From positions 3,662 to 67,661 of the forward strand of contig JAVVEJ010000007.1 of the NCBI GenBank assembly GCA_032251395.1: DNA of 64,000 nt, written 5' to 3'. How positions within the stretch are numbered: position 1 is the first letter of the stretch; every line of letters begins with the position of its first letter. Shown here piece by piece: positions 8,541 to 17,500 of this stretch. The stretch is from Mariprofundaceae bacterium (lineage in GTDB: Bacteria; Pseudomonadota; Zetaproteobacteria; Mariprofundales; Mariprofundaceae). The notes under the pieces were generated by a model. It did no database searches, had not been told where the DNA came from, and saw nothing but the letters and a program-made list of their open reading frames with translations. Made by a program: the position numbers and the translations under genes.

Positions 8541-10994
8541 CTATTTTTCTCTCTTTCGTGGGCGCAGACGAATGCCGAACATCAGCTTGGCCACGTCTTC
8601 AAAATGTCTGGCGTAGTGAAGCGTCAACCCCTCGGGCACCGACTCCGGCAGCTCTTTCACATCCACCTCATTGGCCCTGGGCAGGATTACTTCATTAACG
8701 CCAAGCCGTTTGGCTGCAAGCAGCTTTTCACGCACACCGCCAATGGCCAGCACTTCGCCGGTCAGTGTCATCTCACCGGTCATGGCAATCGCAGCCGGAG
8801 CCTTATCAAGCGCCAGTGAGAGAAGTGCCGTGGCCATGGTGATGCCTGCAGACGGGCCATCCTTGGGCACAGCACCCTCCGGCACATGCATATGCACAAA
8901 CGCCTTCTCATAAAAATCTGCTGGCGCGCCAAAACGTTGCAGATTGGCGATCAGATAGGAGTAAGCGATCTCAGCCGACTCCTGCATCACCTTGCCAAGC
9001 TGTCCGGTCAGCTTCATGCCCCTGCGGTCACGGTGAGCAATGGCCACCTCCAGCGACAGCGTCACGCCGCCCATGGCCGTCCATGCCAGGCCCGTAGCAA
9101 GCCCGACGCCCCGGTGCAATGGCTCTTTGGCAAACCTTGGCTTGCCGATGTAATCGCTCAGCTCACGTGCCCCGATGGTGAGGCCCGGCTCCATTTCCCT
9201 GTTCTCCAGCCTGTAAGCGGTTTTACGCAGAATCTTCTTAAGCAGCTGCTCCACACCGCGCACACCCGGCTCTCTGGCATAATCCTCAACAATACGGCTA
9301 ATGGCGCTCCTGCTGATCTTCACATCGCTGCCGGTCAGGCCGTGTGCCTTCATCTGCCGAGGCAGCAGGTGCTTTCTGGCAATCTCCATCTTTTCCGATG
9401 CGATATAGCCGGGCAGGCGAATAATCTCCGCCCGGTCCATCAGCGGCGGGGGCACCGTATCCAGCTGGTTGGCCGTCAGAAGAAATAGAACACTGGAGAG
9501 ATCAAAGCGGACATCAAGATAGTGATCCATAAAGTCGCTGTTCTGCTCGGGATCGAGCACTTCAAGCAGGGCACTGGACGGATCGCCACGAAAATCGTTA
9601 CCGATCTTGTCCACCTCATCGATCATAATCACCGGATTGGCCACCTCCACCTGCTTGAGCGCCTGCACAATCTTGCCGGGCATGGCGCCAATATAGGTGC
9701 GCCGGTGCCCCTTGATCTCCGCCTCATCGCGCATGCCGCCGACAGAGAAGCGGAAGAATGGCCTGTTGACAGCCTCGGCAATTGCCCTGCCCAGTGATGT
9801 TTTGCCCACACCCGGCGGGCCGACAAAGAGAATAATGGAGCCGCCCACCTTCTTTTTACGGGCGCCCACGGCGATAAATTCGAGTATCCGCTCCTTGATA
9901 TCGTCCAGTCCGGCATGGTGTTTGTTCAATGCCCTGGCGGCAGCCTTCAGATTGAAACGGTCGCGTGCATACAGGCCCCAGGGAAGGCTGACCATCCAGT
10001 CCAGATAGTTTCGGGTTACCCCATACTCCGGTGAAGCCGGCTCAAGCACCTCCAGCTTCTCCAGCTCCTCATCAAACACCTTCTGCGCCTCTTTGCTGAA
10101 CTTGAGCCTGGAGGCAAGCTGCTTCAGCTTCTCGATCTCCTGCTCCTGAGGGTCGGCATCCAGCCCCAGCTCACGCTTGATCTCATGCAACTGCTCATTA
10201 AGGAAGAATTTACGCTGCTGTTCCGACACGCGTTCCTGAATATTTTCGCGGATACGCGTCTGTGTCTTGCTCACGCTAAGCTCACGATTCAGAAGGGTTA
10301 TCACCTTCTTCATCCGGTCGAAAATCGGATAGGTCTCCAGCACGCCCTGCAGTTCCGTACGGTCTGCCGTTGTTAATCCGGCGGCAAAATCAGCCAGCCT
10401 TGCCGGCTCATCGGTACTGAATCGGGATGAAAAGAAGCGAAGCTCCTCTTCGTAGAGCGGGTTATGCTTCAACAGCTCTTTAATGGTATTGATGATCGCA
10501 ACGGTATAGGCGCGCATCTCAACATTATCTTCATAAGCAGTTGCGCTGTAGTACTCCACCCGTGCGCTGACCGTGTTATGACTCTCCAGCCACTCCTGGA
10601 CTCTGAACCGCTCCAGACACTCCACTACCAGATGCAATCCGTGCCCGTCAATCTCAACGGCCTTGACCACCCTTGCGATTACGCCCACGTTATAAAGGTT
10701 TTTCGGCTCAAACGGCCCGTTCTCATCGCGGACAAGAATCAGACCGATATGATTCTGGCCAATATCCGCAAGCTTGTGAATGGCCTGCTTCATCTCATCG
10801 CCCTCATAGACCAGAGGAACAATCAGGCCGGGGAAGAGAGGCCGGTTGGAGAGGGGAAAGATTCTCAGATGCGGAGGCCACGCCTCACTTGCCCGGACCG
10901 GCAGGGCACTTCTGTTGCTCTCATCCGCAACATCTGCATCAATAATTTCCGGTTCGTGTGTCTTGTCATTCATAATGCTTATATAAGGGATCAT
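8541..10994 (-). CDS. lon: ATP-dependent Lon protease
   Basis: Walker A GPPGVGKTS and the protease Ser motif PKDGPSAG. ORF-track entry 8541..11228 is trimmed to Met at 10994 (alternative ATG at 10973). Confidence 0.95.
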   Translation of the reverse strand: MIPYISIMNDKTHEPEIIDADVADESNRSALPVRASEAWPPHLRIFPLSNRPLFPGLIVPLVYEGDEMKQAIHKLADIGQNHIGLILVRDENGPFEPKNLYNVGVIARVVKAVEIDGHGLHLVVECLERFRVQEWLESHNTVSARVEYYSATAYEDNVEMRAYTVAIINTIKELLKHNPLYEEELRFFSSRFSTDEPARLADFAAGLTTADRTELQGVLETYPIFDRMKKVITLLNRELSVSKTQTRIRENIQERVSEQQRKFFLNEQLHEIKRELGLDADPQEQEIEKLKQLASRLKFSKEAQKVFDEELEKLEVLEPASPEYGVTRNYLDWMVSLPWGLYARDRFNLKAAARALNKHHAGLDDIKERILEFIAVGARKKKVGGSIILFVGPPGVGKTSLGRAIAEAVNRPFFRFSVGGMRDEAEIKGHRRTYIGAMPGKIVQALKQVEVANPVIMIDEVDKIGNDFRGDPSSALLEVLDPEQNSDFMDHYLDVRFDLSSVLFLLTANQLDTVPPPLMDRAEIIRLPGYIASEKMEIARKHLLPRQMKAHGLTGSDVKISRSAISRIVEDYAREPGVRGVEQLLKKILRKTAYRLENREMEPGLTIGARELSDYIGKPRFAKEPLHRGVGLATGLAWTAMGGVTLSLEVAIAHRDRRGMKLTGQLGKVMQESAEIAYSYLIANLQRFGAPADFYEKAFVHMHVPEGAVPKDGPSAGITMATALLSLALDKAPAAIAMTGEMTLTGEVLAIGGVREKLLAAKRLGVNEVILPRANEVDVKELPESVPEGLTLHYARHFEDVAKLMFGIRLRPRKREK

Positions 10995-11008
10995 AGCAGC
11001 TCTTTCAA
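10981..11008 (-). promoter_or_regulatory. candidate sigma32 promoter for lon
   Basis: The minus strand reads TTGAAA-13 nt-CCCTTATAT, similar to my recollection of the E. coli lon heat-shock promoter (TTGAAT-13-CCCCATAT). It overlaps the 10994 start, so it would imply the 10973 ATG and a near-leaderless mRNA. Confidence 0.35.
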
Positions 11009-11057
11009 TGGCTGATGAGATAAAACAACAGCCTTCACCATCTTTTAATCTGCTTAA

Positions 11058-11088
11058 CCTTGAATTGCACGCTGCGGAACCCCACAGT
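11058..11088 (+). promoter_or_regulatory. candidate sigma32 promoter for htpX
   Basis: CCTTGAA (11058..11064), 15 nt, then CCCCACAGT (11080..11088), against the consensus CTTGAA-N13-17-CCCCATNT. It lies about 28 nt upstream of the htpX ATG, with an AAGGAG SD at 11103. Confidence 0.5.
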
Positions 11089-11115
11089 TCAGCTAAATCG
11101 AAAAGGAGACTATAC

Positions 11116-12006
11116 ATGCGTTCACTAAAGGGCATCGGCCTGCTGATTGTCACAAACCTGCTGGTCATGATGACGCTGATCATCAGCGGCAACATTCTGA
11201 TCAACTTCGTACTGCCACAATTCGGCATCGACCTGCGCGGTTCGCTTGCAACTCAGGATTTTGCCTGGGCACTCGTCTTCGGTTTCGGCGGTGCATTCAT
11301 CTCCCTGTTCATGTCCAAGTTTTTGGCTAAGCGCGGCATGAAAATGCAACAGGTGATTACGCCATCGACACCCAAAGAGAAGCTTGTATTTGAAACCGTC
11401 CGGCAGCTGGCAGAGCGGGAAGGCATCAAAATGCCGGAGGTCTGGGTCTACTGGGATGATACCCCTAACGCATTCGCCACCGGCCCGACCCGTAACAATG
11501 CAATGGTAGCCGTCTCTTCCGGCCTTGCCATGAACATGTCAGATAATGAACTGAAAGCCGTGCTGGCACATGAAGTGGGCCATATCTCCAACGGTGATAT
11601 GCTGGCGACCACGCTGCTGCAGGGTCTGATGAACACCTTTGTCTATTTCCTGGCGCGCATCATTGCCCGCCCGGTTATGGAGCGGAACTACTGGATGGGT
11701 TTTGCCGTCTACATGACGCTTCAGTTTGTGCTTTCCATACTGGCCATGATTCCGATCTGCTGGTTCTCCCGCAGACGCGAGTTTCGAGCCGATGCCTTTG
11801 CTGCCGATGCGCTGGGTGCGCAACATATGGTCAGCGCCCTGCAGAAGCTGGAGACGCTTTCACAGCAAAATGCGGTTCGGCATCAGGGTGAGCACCATGA
11901 GGAGGATGCGCTGGCAACCATGAAGATTTATGGCGGCTTTTCAGGCCTGTTTGCAACACACCCGCCAATCGCAGAGCGTGTCGCAGCCCTAAGAAATCGT
12001 GATTAA
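11116..12006 (+). CDS. htpX: membrane zinc metalloprotease HtpX
   Basis: 296 aa from the ATG at 11116 with an SD. HEVGH zinc motif, N-terminal TM helices and a C-terminal THPP motif. Confidence 0.9.
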   Translation: MRSLKGIGLLIVTNLLVMMTLIISGNILINFVLPQFGIDLRGSLATQDFAWALVFGFGGAFISLFMSKFLAKRGMKMQQVITPSTPKEKLVFETVRQLAEREGIKMPEVWVYWDDTPNAFATGPTRNNAMVAVSSGLAMNMSDNELKAVLAHEVGHISNGDMLATTLLQGLMNTFVYFLARIIARPVMERNYWMGFAVYMTLQFVLSILAMIPICWFSRRREFRADAFAADALGAQHMVSALQKLETLSQQNAVRHQGEHHEEDALATMKIYGGFSGLFATHPPIAERVAALRNRD

Positions 12007-12517
12007 TTGACCCGCAAAAGGCTTCCTGCCTTTTGCTTATATCGCTTCGCAAGAGCGCGGTCTTGCTCCGCTTACGGCTCACGGTGTTCGCCGCCACCCA
12101 TCCATGGGTGGTAGGGGTAGCATCGTTGCCCCGCTCAGCTAACTGCCGAGGCAAATATGAAAATGGGAAACAAGCAGCAACGTCGCGCCCATTTTCATAT
12201 GCGGCCGAAGGGCCCCGAAGGGCAGTCAGATGCCGGGTGCCCTTTGATTCAGGGCATCGTGCCCTTCAGGGATTCTTCCCGCTCTAATAGAACGTCCACA
12301 TCGGCTATCCTGCCGATGTGTCTTTGGTTCGTTTTTTGATTCGGGGCATCCATGCCTCTCACCCTGCACCCCAGGGCACCCTCTCTGCCGCAAGCGGCAT
12401 TCACCTTGCGGGCGGCCTGTAGCCGTCCAAATCGGCTTTCCTGCCGATTTGAGGGCAAGCAAAGAAATGAACAAGTCTTTTGGACGCATCCATTTCCAAC
12501 AGCTATCATAGCTTTCT
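12007..12517. repeat. intergenic mosaic of hairpin repeat units (REP/BIME-like block R1)
   Basis: Contains units also found elsewhere in the window. Hairpin gcaaaaggc/gccttttgc (12014..12036) recurs at 26717..26738. Unit ggtcttgctccgcttacgg...ccatgggtgg (12059..12111) recurs inverted at 23610..23664. Also present: tgattcggggcatccatgcc...accctgc (12337..12367), the ccccagggcacc...ttcaccttg unit (about 12368..12415) and the caaatcgg/ccgatttg hairpin (12429..12451). Confidence 0.75.
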
Positions 12518-13246
12518 ATGAGCCATAAGACCGCAGCGATTCTCGTCATTGGCAATGAAGTTCTCTCCGGACGAACCCGTGAAGCCAATGCATATCTGGC
12601 TGCACAAAAGCTTTTTGACCGGGGATGCAGACTGGGTGAAATTGCCATCGTGCCTGATATTCAGGCAGCAATTGTTGCAACACTTGACCGCTTGCAAAAG
12701 CAGTTTGATGCTGTGATTACCAGTGGCGGTATCGGCCCGACACATGATGACATCACCATGGATTCAATAGCCGCAGCTTTTGGTGTGGAGCTCATTGAAC
12801 ATAAATATATTGTACAGGTGATGACAGAGCGTTTCGGCAAAGAGGGCATGAATGAAGGCCGGCGCCGTATGACCCGGGTGCCGGCGGGCGCTCATCTGAT
12901 CCGGTGTGAAAAAACCATTGCACCCGGTGCCCATATCGGCAATGTCTATGTGCTGGCCGGTGTTCCCGACATCTTTGCATCACAGCTTGAGTCGATACTG
13001 GCCGACTTCGGCGATGGCAACTACCCGTTTATCCGTCATGAAATTGATGTAGCTCTGCCTGAGAGCACCTTTGCCCGTGAACTCGAGGCAATTCAGCAGC
13101 AATTTCCGGACATTGAAATCGGCTCCTACCCGAGAATGTGCGGTAACAAACCGTGTGGCAAAATCTGTCTGAGCAGTCAGGATCAGAACACGCTTGATTG
13201 CGCAGTCAAAGCGGTCCGGCTGATGCTGGAAACAGTCCGCCCCTGA
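12518..13246 (+). CDS. CinA-like / molybdopterin-binding (MoCF) domain protein
   Basis: 242 aa. AAILVIGNEVLSGRTREANA and ITSGGIGPTHDDIT are typical of the CinA N-terminal / COG1058 family. Confidence 0.7.
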   Translation: MSHKTAAILVIGNEVLSGRTREANAYLAAQKLFDRGCRLGEIAIVPDIQAAIVATLDRLQKQFDAVITSGGIGPTHDDITMDSIAAAFGVELIEHKYIVQVMTERFGKEGMNEGRRRMTRVPAGAHLIRCEKTIAPGAHIGNVYVLAGVPDIFASQLESILADFGDGNYPFIRHEIDVALPESTFARELEAIQQQFPDIEIGSYPRMCGNKPCGKICLSSQDQNTLDCAVKAVRLMLETVRP

Positions 13247-13265
13247 TTGGTTCGAAGCTTTCGAG

Positions 13266-13778
13266 CTAAGCCTGCTTGACTTCGATAATCGGTGCTGTTT
13301 CAGCCGGGACAGACGAGAGCTGTTTCTTCATGGCAATCTCATCGCAACTGGAAAATTTCTCGCAGTGGATACATGCCGTCCATATCTTATGGGGCAGACT
13401 CTCTTTCGGGACAACCTGATAGCCCATATGTGCGAAAAAACCGGTTACATAGGTCAGGGCAAAGACCTTCTCCAGCCCAAGCCCGGCCGCCACTTTCTCG
13501 CACGCCTCCACCAGCAGTTTCCCGATACCCATCCCCTGATATGATTCGCTGACAACCAGTGAGCGCACCTCGGCAAGGTTGGATTGATAGACATGCAGTG
13601 CAACCAGCCCGACCACCTTGCCATCATACTCGGCAACGACAAACTCCTGCAGATGCTGATAGAGGCTGTCATGTGTACGTGGCAGAACAATTTTCTTCTC
13701 CGACCAGGGGAGCAGCAGCGCATGCATCACATCCACATCATCTGCCTCAGCCATTCTGATTCGAATACGATGTGGCAT
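13266..13778 (-). CDS. GNAT family N-acetyltransferase (ArgA C-terminal-like)
   Basis: 170 aa with the acetyl-CoA binding motif QGMGIGKLLVEACE. The start shares one base with the recN stop (TGATG). Confidence 0.7.
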   Translation of the reverse strand: MPHRIRIRMAEADDVDVMHALLLPWSEKKIVLPRTHDSLYQHLQEFVVAEYDGKVVGLVALHVYQSNLAEVRSLVVSESYQGMGIGKLLVEACEKVAAGLGLEKVFALTYVTGFFAHMGYQVVPKESLPHKIWTACIHCEKFSSCDEIAMKKQLSSVPAETAPIIEVKQA

Positions 13779-15451
13779 CAGGCGGCGACTACGGCCTCGG
13801 CGCCACGTTTAAGCATCTTTCCGGCATGTTGCAGGCTCTCCTCACTGGCACCGCCCAGCATGCGTGCAATCTCCTCCCGCCGCCTCTCATCGGAGAGCTT
13901 CTCCAGCCGGGTCAGTGTGCGAGCGCCCTCCACCCCCTTGCGGATACAGACCTGCTGATCGGCACAGGCTGCAACCTGCGGCAAATGCGATACAACAAAG
14001 AGCTGCCGATCCCGGCTCATGGCTGCCAGCAGTTCACCGACACACCAGGCCGTTTCGCCACCAATGCCGACATCCACCTCATCAAACACGGCGATTTGGG
14101 GTGCATTCACCAGCGCACCACACCCTTTCAGCGCCAGTACGAAACGGGAGAGTTCGCCGCCGGAAGCGATTGCAGCCAGTGGCCGGAACGGTTCGCCGGG
14201 ATTACTCGATGCCATGAGCTGTATCTGATCCCGGCCGCTACGGCCCCAGCCACCGGCCTCATCATGTGAGATGACCTCCACCTCAATCTGCATGCCGGCC
14301 AGCCCGAGCCGGTCCAGATACGGACGCAGCTCTGCTGCCAGGCTCGCACCCGCTTTGCGGCGGGCTGCACTCAGCTCGGCGGCCGCTTTCCGGTAGCCTG
14401 CTTCAGCCGCATCCCGCTCAGCCCGTAACTTCTCCTCATCCCATTCGGAAGTCTCCAGCCGTGAGACCTTCTCCTCCCATGACTGCATCAGTTCCAGCAG
14501 CCCGGCTTCATCCGTTGAATGACGCCGCATTGCTTCATGCAGGCTCATCAACCGCTCTTCTGCTGCCTGCAGTTCAGCCACATCGAATGTGGCATCCAGA
14601 ACATGGCGCAACAGCGGCTCGATCTCACTGGCCAGAGCGTCCATCTGCGCCATCAGTGCATCGGCCTCACGCAGCGATTCATGATATTCCGAAACATGCC
14701 CGACAGCATGGGCCGCCCGAGCCAGCAGTGCCCGGACACTGGCATCGTCATCATCAAGCATCGTCAGCGCATCTGCCGCTGCCTGCTGAATCTGCGAGGC
14801 ATGCCGGCCTGCCTCCACCTGTTCGGTAAGCTGCTCAACTACGCCCGCCTCAGGTTCAAGCAGCTGCAGCCGTTTAAGTTCGTCCCGCATCCACACTTCC
14901 TGCTGCCGGGAATCGCCCTGTTCGCGCTTCAGTGTGGCAAGCGTTGCTTCGGCCGTATTTAATACCATATAGGCCCCGGCCACCTTATCAAGCAGCTCCC
15001 CGGCGAGCCGGGCATCAACAATCTCCCGCTGGAAATCGGGCTGCAGCAGCGCCTGATGCTCATGCTGACCGTGCAGGTCGAGGCAGATTTCACCAATCTG
15101 CTGCAACAGTTTTGCAGGTACCGGTGTGCCGTTAACATAGGCTTTGGAGCGGCCGTCGGCGGTGATGGTTCGCCTCAGGAACAGCTGCTCTTCCGGATCG
15201 ATATCCTGCTCTTTGAGCAGCTGCAGCAAACGGCTCTCCTCTGACTCGAGGGTTGCGGATATCTCCGCCTTTTCAGCCCCGTGGCGTACCCAGTCACTGC
15301 TGGCCCGGGCACCGAAAACTGCGCCCAGCGCATCGACCAGAATCGATTTTCCCGCACCGGTCTCTCCGGTAAAGGCTGTCATTCCTGATGAAAAATTAAG
15401 CGAGACCTCTTCAATCAGTGCGAATTGTCTGACGCGCAGTTCTGTAAGCAT
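13778..15451 (-). CDS. recN: DNA repair protein RecN
   Basis: 557 aa from Met52 of ORF-track entry 13778..15604 (MLTELRVRQFALIEE). Walker A GETGAGKS, a long coiled coil and a C-terminal SGGE signature (ASGGELSR). Confidence 0.9.
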   Translation of the reverse strand: MLTELRVRQFALIEEVSLNFSSGMTAFTGETGAGKSILVDALGAVFGARASSDWVRHGAEKAEISATLESEESRLLQLLKEQDIDPEEQLFLRRTITADGRSKAYVNGTPVPAKLLQQIGEICLDLHGQHEHQALLQPDFQREIVDARLAGELLDKVAGAYMVLNTAEATLATLKREQGDSRQQEVWMRDELKRLQLLEPEAGVVEQLTEQVEAGRHASQIQQAAADALTMLDDDDASVRALLARAAHAVGHVSEYHESLREADALMAQMDALASEIEPLLRHVLDATFDVAELQAAEERLMSLHEAMRRHSTDEAGLLELMQSWEEKVSRLETSEWDEEKLRAERDAAEAGYRKAAAELSAARRKAGASLAAELRPYLDRLGLAGMQIEVEVISHDEAGGWGRSGRDQIQLMASSNPGEPFRPLAAIASGGELSRFVLALKGCGALVNAPQIAVFDEVDVGIGGETAWCVGELLAAMSRDRQLFVVSHLPQVAACADQQVCIRKGVEGARTLTRLEKLSDERRREEIARMLGGASEESLQHAGKMLKRGAEAVVAA

Positions 15452-15461
15452 TCGCGGTGGA

Positions 15462-16319
15462 TTACCCTTCGTGCCCTGCCCAGTAAAGCTTGCTGCGCAG
15501 TGTTTCGTAATAGTGCCGGTCCGGAAGATAGACCAGCGTGATCTCACCACCCTTGGATATCGTGACCCGGTCACCGGCCTGAAGTTCCATATGCTCCTGA
15601 CCATCCAGATTCAGTGCAGCCATTTTCGGACTCTCGACCAGGGTCAGCTCAATGCCATCATCCGCTGGCACAATGATCGGCCGATTGGAGAGGATATGCG
15701 GGCATATCGGTGCCACGCAGATGGCATTCACATCCGGATGCACAATCGGGCCGCCGGCAGAGAGCGCATAGGCTGTTGATCCGGCAGGCGTTGCCAGCAC
15801 CAGACCATCACCACGCAGGCGGAAAACGAACTGCCCGCCCACACTCATCTCAAATTCAATCATTCTCGGATGCTCATTGCGCTGCAGCACCACATCATTC
15901 ATGGCAAAGCCGGAGTTGAGCAGTTCGCTGCCACGCCAGCTCTCTGCTTTAAGACCGAAGTGGCGCCTGACCTTGGTGTTGCCGGCAAACACCGCCTCAA
16001 CCACGTCAAACATGCTTCCCACCGGTGTATCTGTAAGAAATCCGAGCCGCCCCAGATTGATACCGAGAATCGGCGTGTCGTGACCGATAAATTTGCGGCC
16101 GACAGTCAGCAGCGTGCCGTCACCACCCAGCACAATCATCAGTTCCACTTCCGTCGGCATCTTCTCAAGCGACAGCGACTGCCCGGAGCAGTCGCCCCTG
16201 ATATTATGCGCATCGATAAAGACAGTACAGCCCCGCTGCTTCAGCCAGTCACAGAGCTCTGCCGCCAGTGCCTGCGCCCGATCATCATCAGGCTTGATGG
16301 TAATACCGATTCGTTTCAC
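15462..16319 (-). CDS. nadK: NAD kinase
   Basis: 285 aa with the GGDGTLL motif and TPAGSTAYALSAGGP. Confidence 0.9.
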   Translation of the reverse strand: MKRIGITIKPDDDRAQALAAELCDWLKQRGCTVFIDAHNIRGDCSGQSLSLEKMPTEVELMIVLGGDGTLLTVGRKFIGHDTPILGINLGRLGFLTDTPVGSMFDVVEAVFAGNTKVRRHFGLKAESWRGSELLNSGFAMNDVVLQRNEHPRMIEFEMSVGGQFVFRLRGDGLVLATPAGSTAYALSAGGPIVHPDVNAICVAPICPHILSNRPIIVPADDGIELTLVESPKMAALNLDGQEHMELQAGDRVTISKGGEITLVYLPDRHYYETLRSKLYWAGHEG

Positions 16320-16622
16320 TTATCTCGCCCCTACCCAGCCTTCAGGCTGTATATGACACTGAAAACACTGATCGGCTTTGGTGTGCCGCTCCGGTTGCGG
16401 GCGAACACCCTCCGCACTGTGGCACTCCATGCATGCCGTACGTGATGCCGCCTGCTGATGTTTTGCATCATTTGGCGTCGGCCTGGTGGTCCGCTCACCT
16501 GTTCCATACATCAACAACAACACAACCGCTGCAACAAATGCGAGAAAAAAAGCATCACGCCTTCCCGGTTTCCAGCCACCCTTCTCCGGGCTGCTCTCGG
16601 AACCATTCTCAGAAGCAGACAT
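16320..16622 (-). CDS. membrane-anchored dihaem c-type cytochrome
   Basis: About 100 aa with one TM helix (AFFLAFVAAVVLLLMY) and two CxxCH motifs (CMECH, CFQCH). The ATG at 16622 follows GAGAGG. The stop abuts the nadK start. Confidence 0.55.
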   Translation of the reverse strand: MSASENGSESSPEKGGWKPGRRDAFFLAFVAAVVLLLMYGTGERTTRPTPNDAKHQQAASRTACMECHSAEGVRPQPERHTKADQCFQCHIQPEGWVGAR

Positions 16623-16795
16623 CTGCACCTCTCATCAATCGAATCACCGTCACTCTAAACAGGCTTTTGCCTGCATGCATCCTGAGTTCTACTCCAGCAA
16701 CAGTCCATGTTGCAAGCCCGTAACTTTGTACAGGTGGTAGCAATCGACAAAACTGCTACAATCGGGACATTATTTCCTCTGGAGGAGAAGCCATC

Positions 16796-17365
16796 ATGAA
16801 AATCTTTACAGACCACCGCTGGACCATCGCTACCGGAACTATTCTTGCCCTGGCCATTGCCACTATCGGTATTATGACCAACAGCCACTATACCGGTCTC
16901 GATGTTGACACGCTTGTTCGCTTTGCCCACATCCTGACAGGCATCACCTGGATCGGACTGCTCTACTACTTCAACTTTGTTCAGGTTCCGTCTCTGGGCG
17001 GTGTTACTGCCGAAACCAAGGCGGACCTCTTCAAGGAGGGCAGTATTGTCCGTCGCGCACTGTGGTGGTTCCGTTGGGGCGCGATGTTCACGCTGATCTT
17101 CGGTCTGGTCCTGTACGGTAATCTTGGAAGAGGCGACGGCTGGGATATCCGTATTGGCGCACTGTTCGGCATCATTATGTGGTTCAATGTATGGTTCATC
17201 ATCTGGCCGAACCAGAAGCGTGTCATCGGTATGGTTGAAGCCACTGCCGACGAGAAGGCGGCAGCCGGCAAGAAGGCATTGATTGCATCGCGTCTGAACA
17301 CGCTGCTCTCCATTCCGATGCTGCTGCTGATGGTAGCCAGCGCACACTTCCGTTTCTTCGGCTGA
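16796..17365 (+). CDS. integral membrane protein, possibly urate-hydroxylase PuuD N-terminal-like
   Basis: 189 aa with 4-5 TM helices. The motif RFAHILTGITWIGLLYYFNFVQ resembles the membrane domain of PuuD-type proteins as I recall them. This is not verified. Confidence 0.45.
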   Translation: MKIFTDHRWTIATGTILALAIATIGIMTNSHYTGLDVDTLVRFAHILTGITWIGLLYYFNFVQVPSLGGVTAETKADLFKEGSIVRRALWWFRWGAMFTLIFGLVLYGNLGRGDGWDIRIGALFGIIMWFNVWFIIWPNQKRVIGMVEATADEKAAAGKKALIASRLNTLLSIPMLLLMVASAHFRFFG

Positions 17366-17500
17366 TTTAACCCGGCGTTTACACATCCAAAGAGCGGCAA
17401 CCTGTTTACGCAGGTGCCGCTCTTTTTGTTTCTGTCCTCGACAAACAACTCTGCTAAACTCATTCCAGAAAGGAGTGACAGGCATGGAACAGGAAAGACA

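Noticed and set aside
10995-11228. N-terminal extension of the lon ORF
   Set aside because: It runs through the divergent promoter region and into htpX. Lon homology starts near 10994/10973. Similar over-extensions were trimmed for recN (15452..15604), the ABC-F gene (38392..38580), parA (43675..43752), rsmG (44249..44365) and yidC (50265..50330).
12033-12509. Several 60-140-aa ORFs inside the htpX-cinA spacer
   Set aside because: They traverse repeat units on both strands, their frames are not preserved between repeat copies, and they have no ribosome-binding sites.
15452-15530. Search for a LexA/SOS box upstream of recN
   Set aside because: No CTGT-N8-ACAG or GAAC-N7-GAAC type palindrome was seen. 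The recN start is 10 nt after nadK, so an SOS operator, if any, would lie elsewhere.
16655-17485. 276-aa minus-strand ORF
   Set aside because: It is antisense to the polytopic membrane protein gene at 16796..17365. Its composition is not protein-like.
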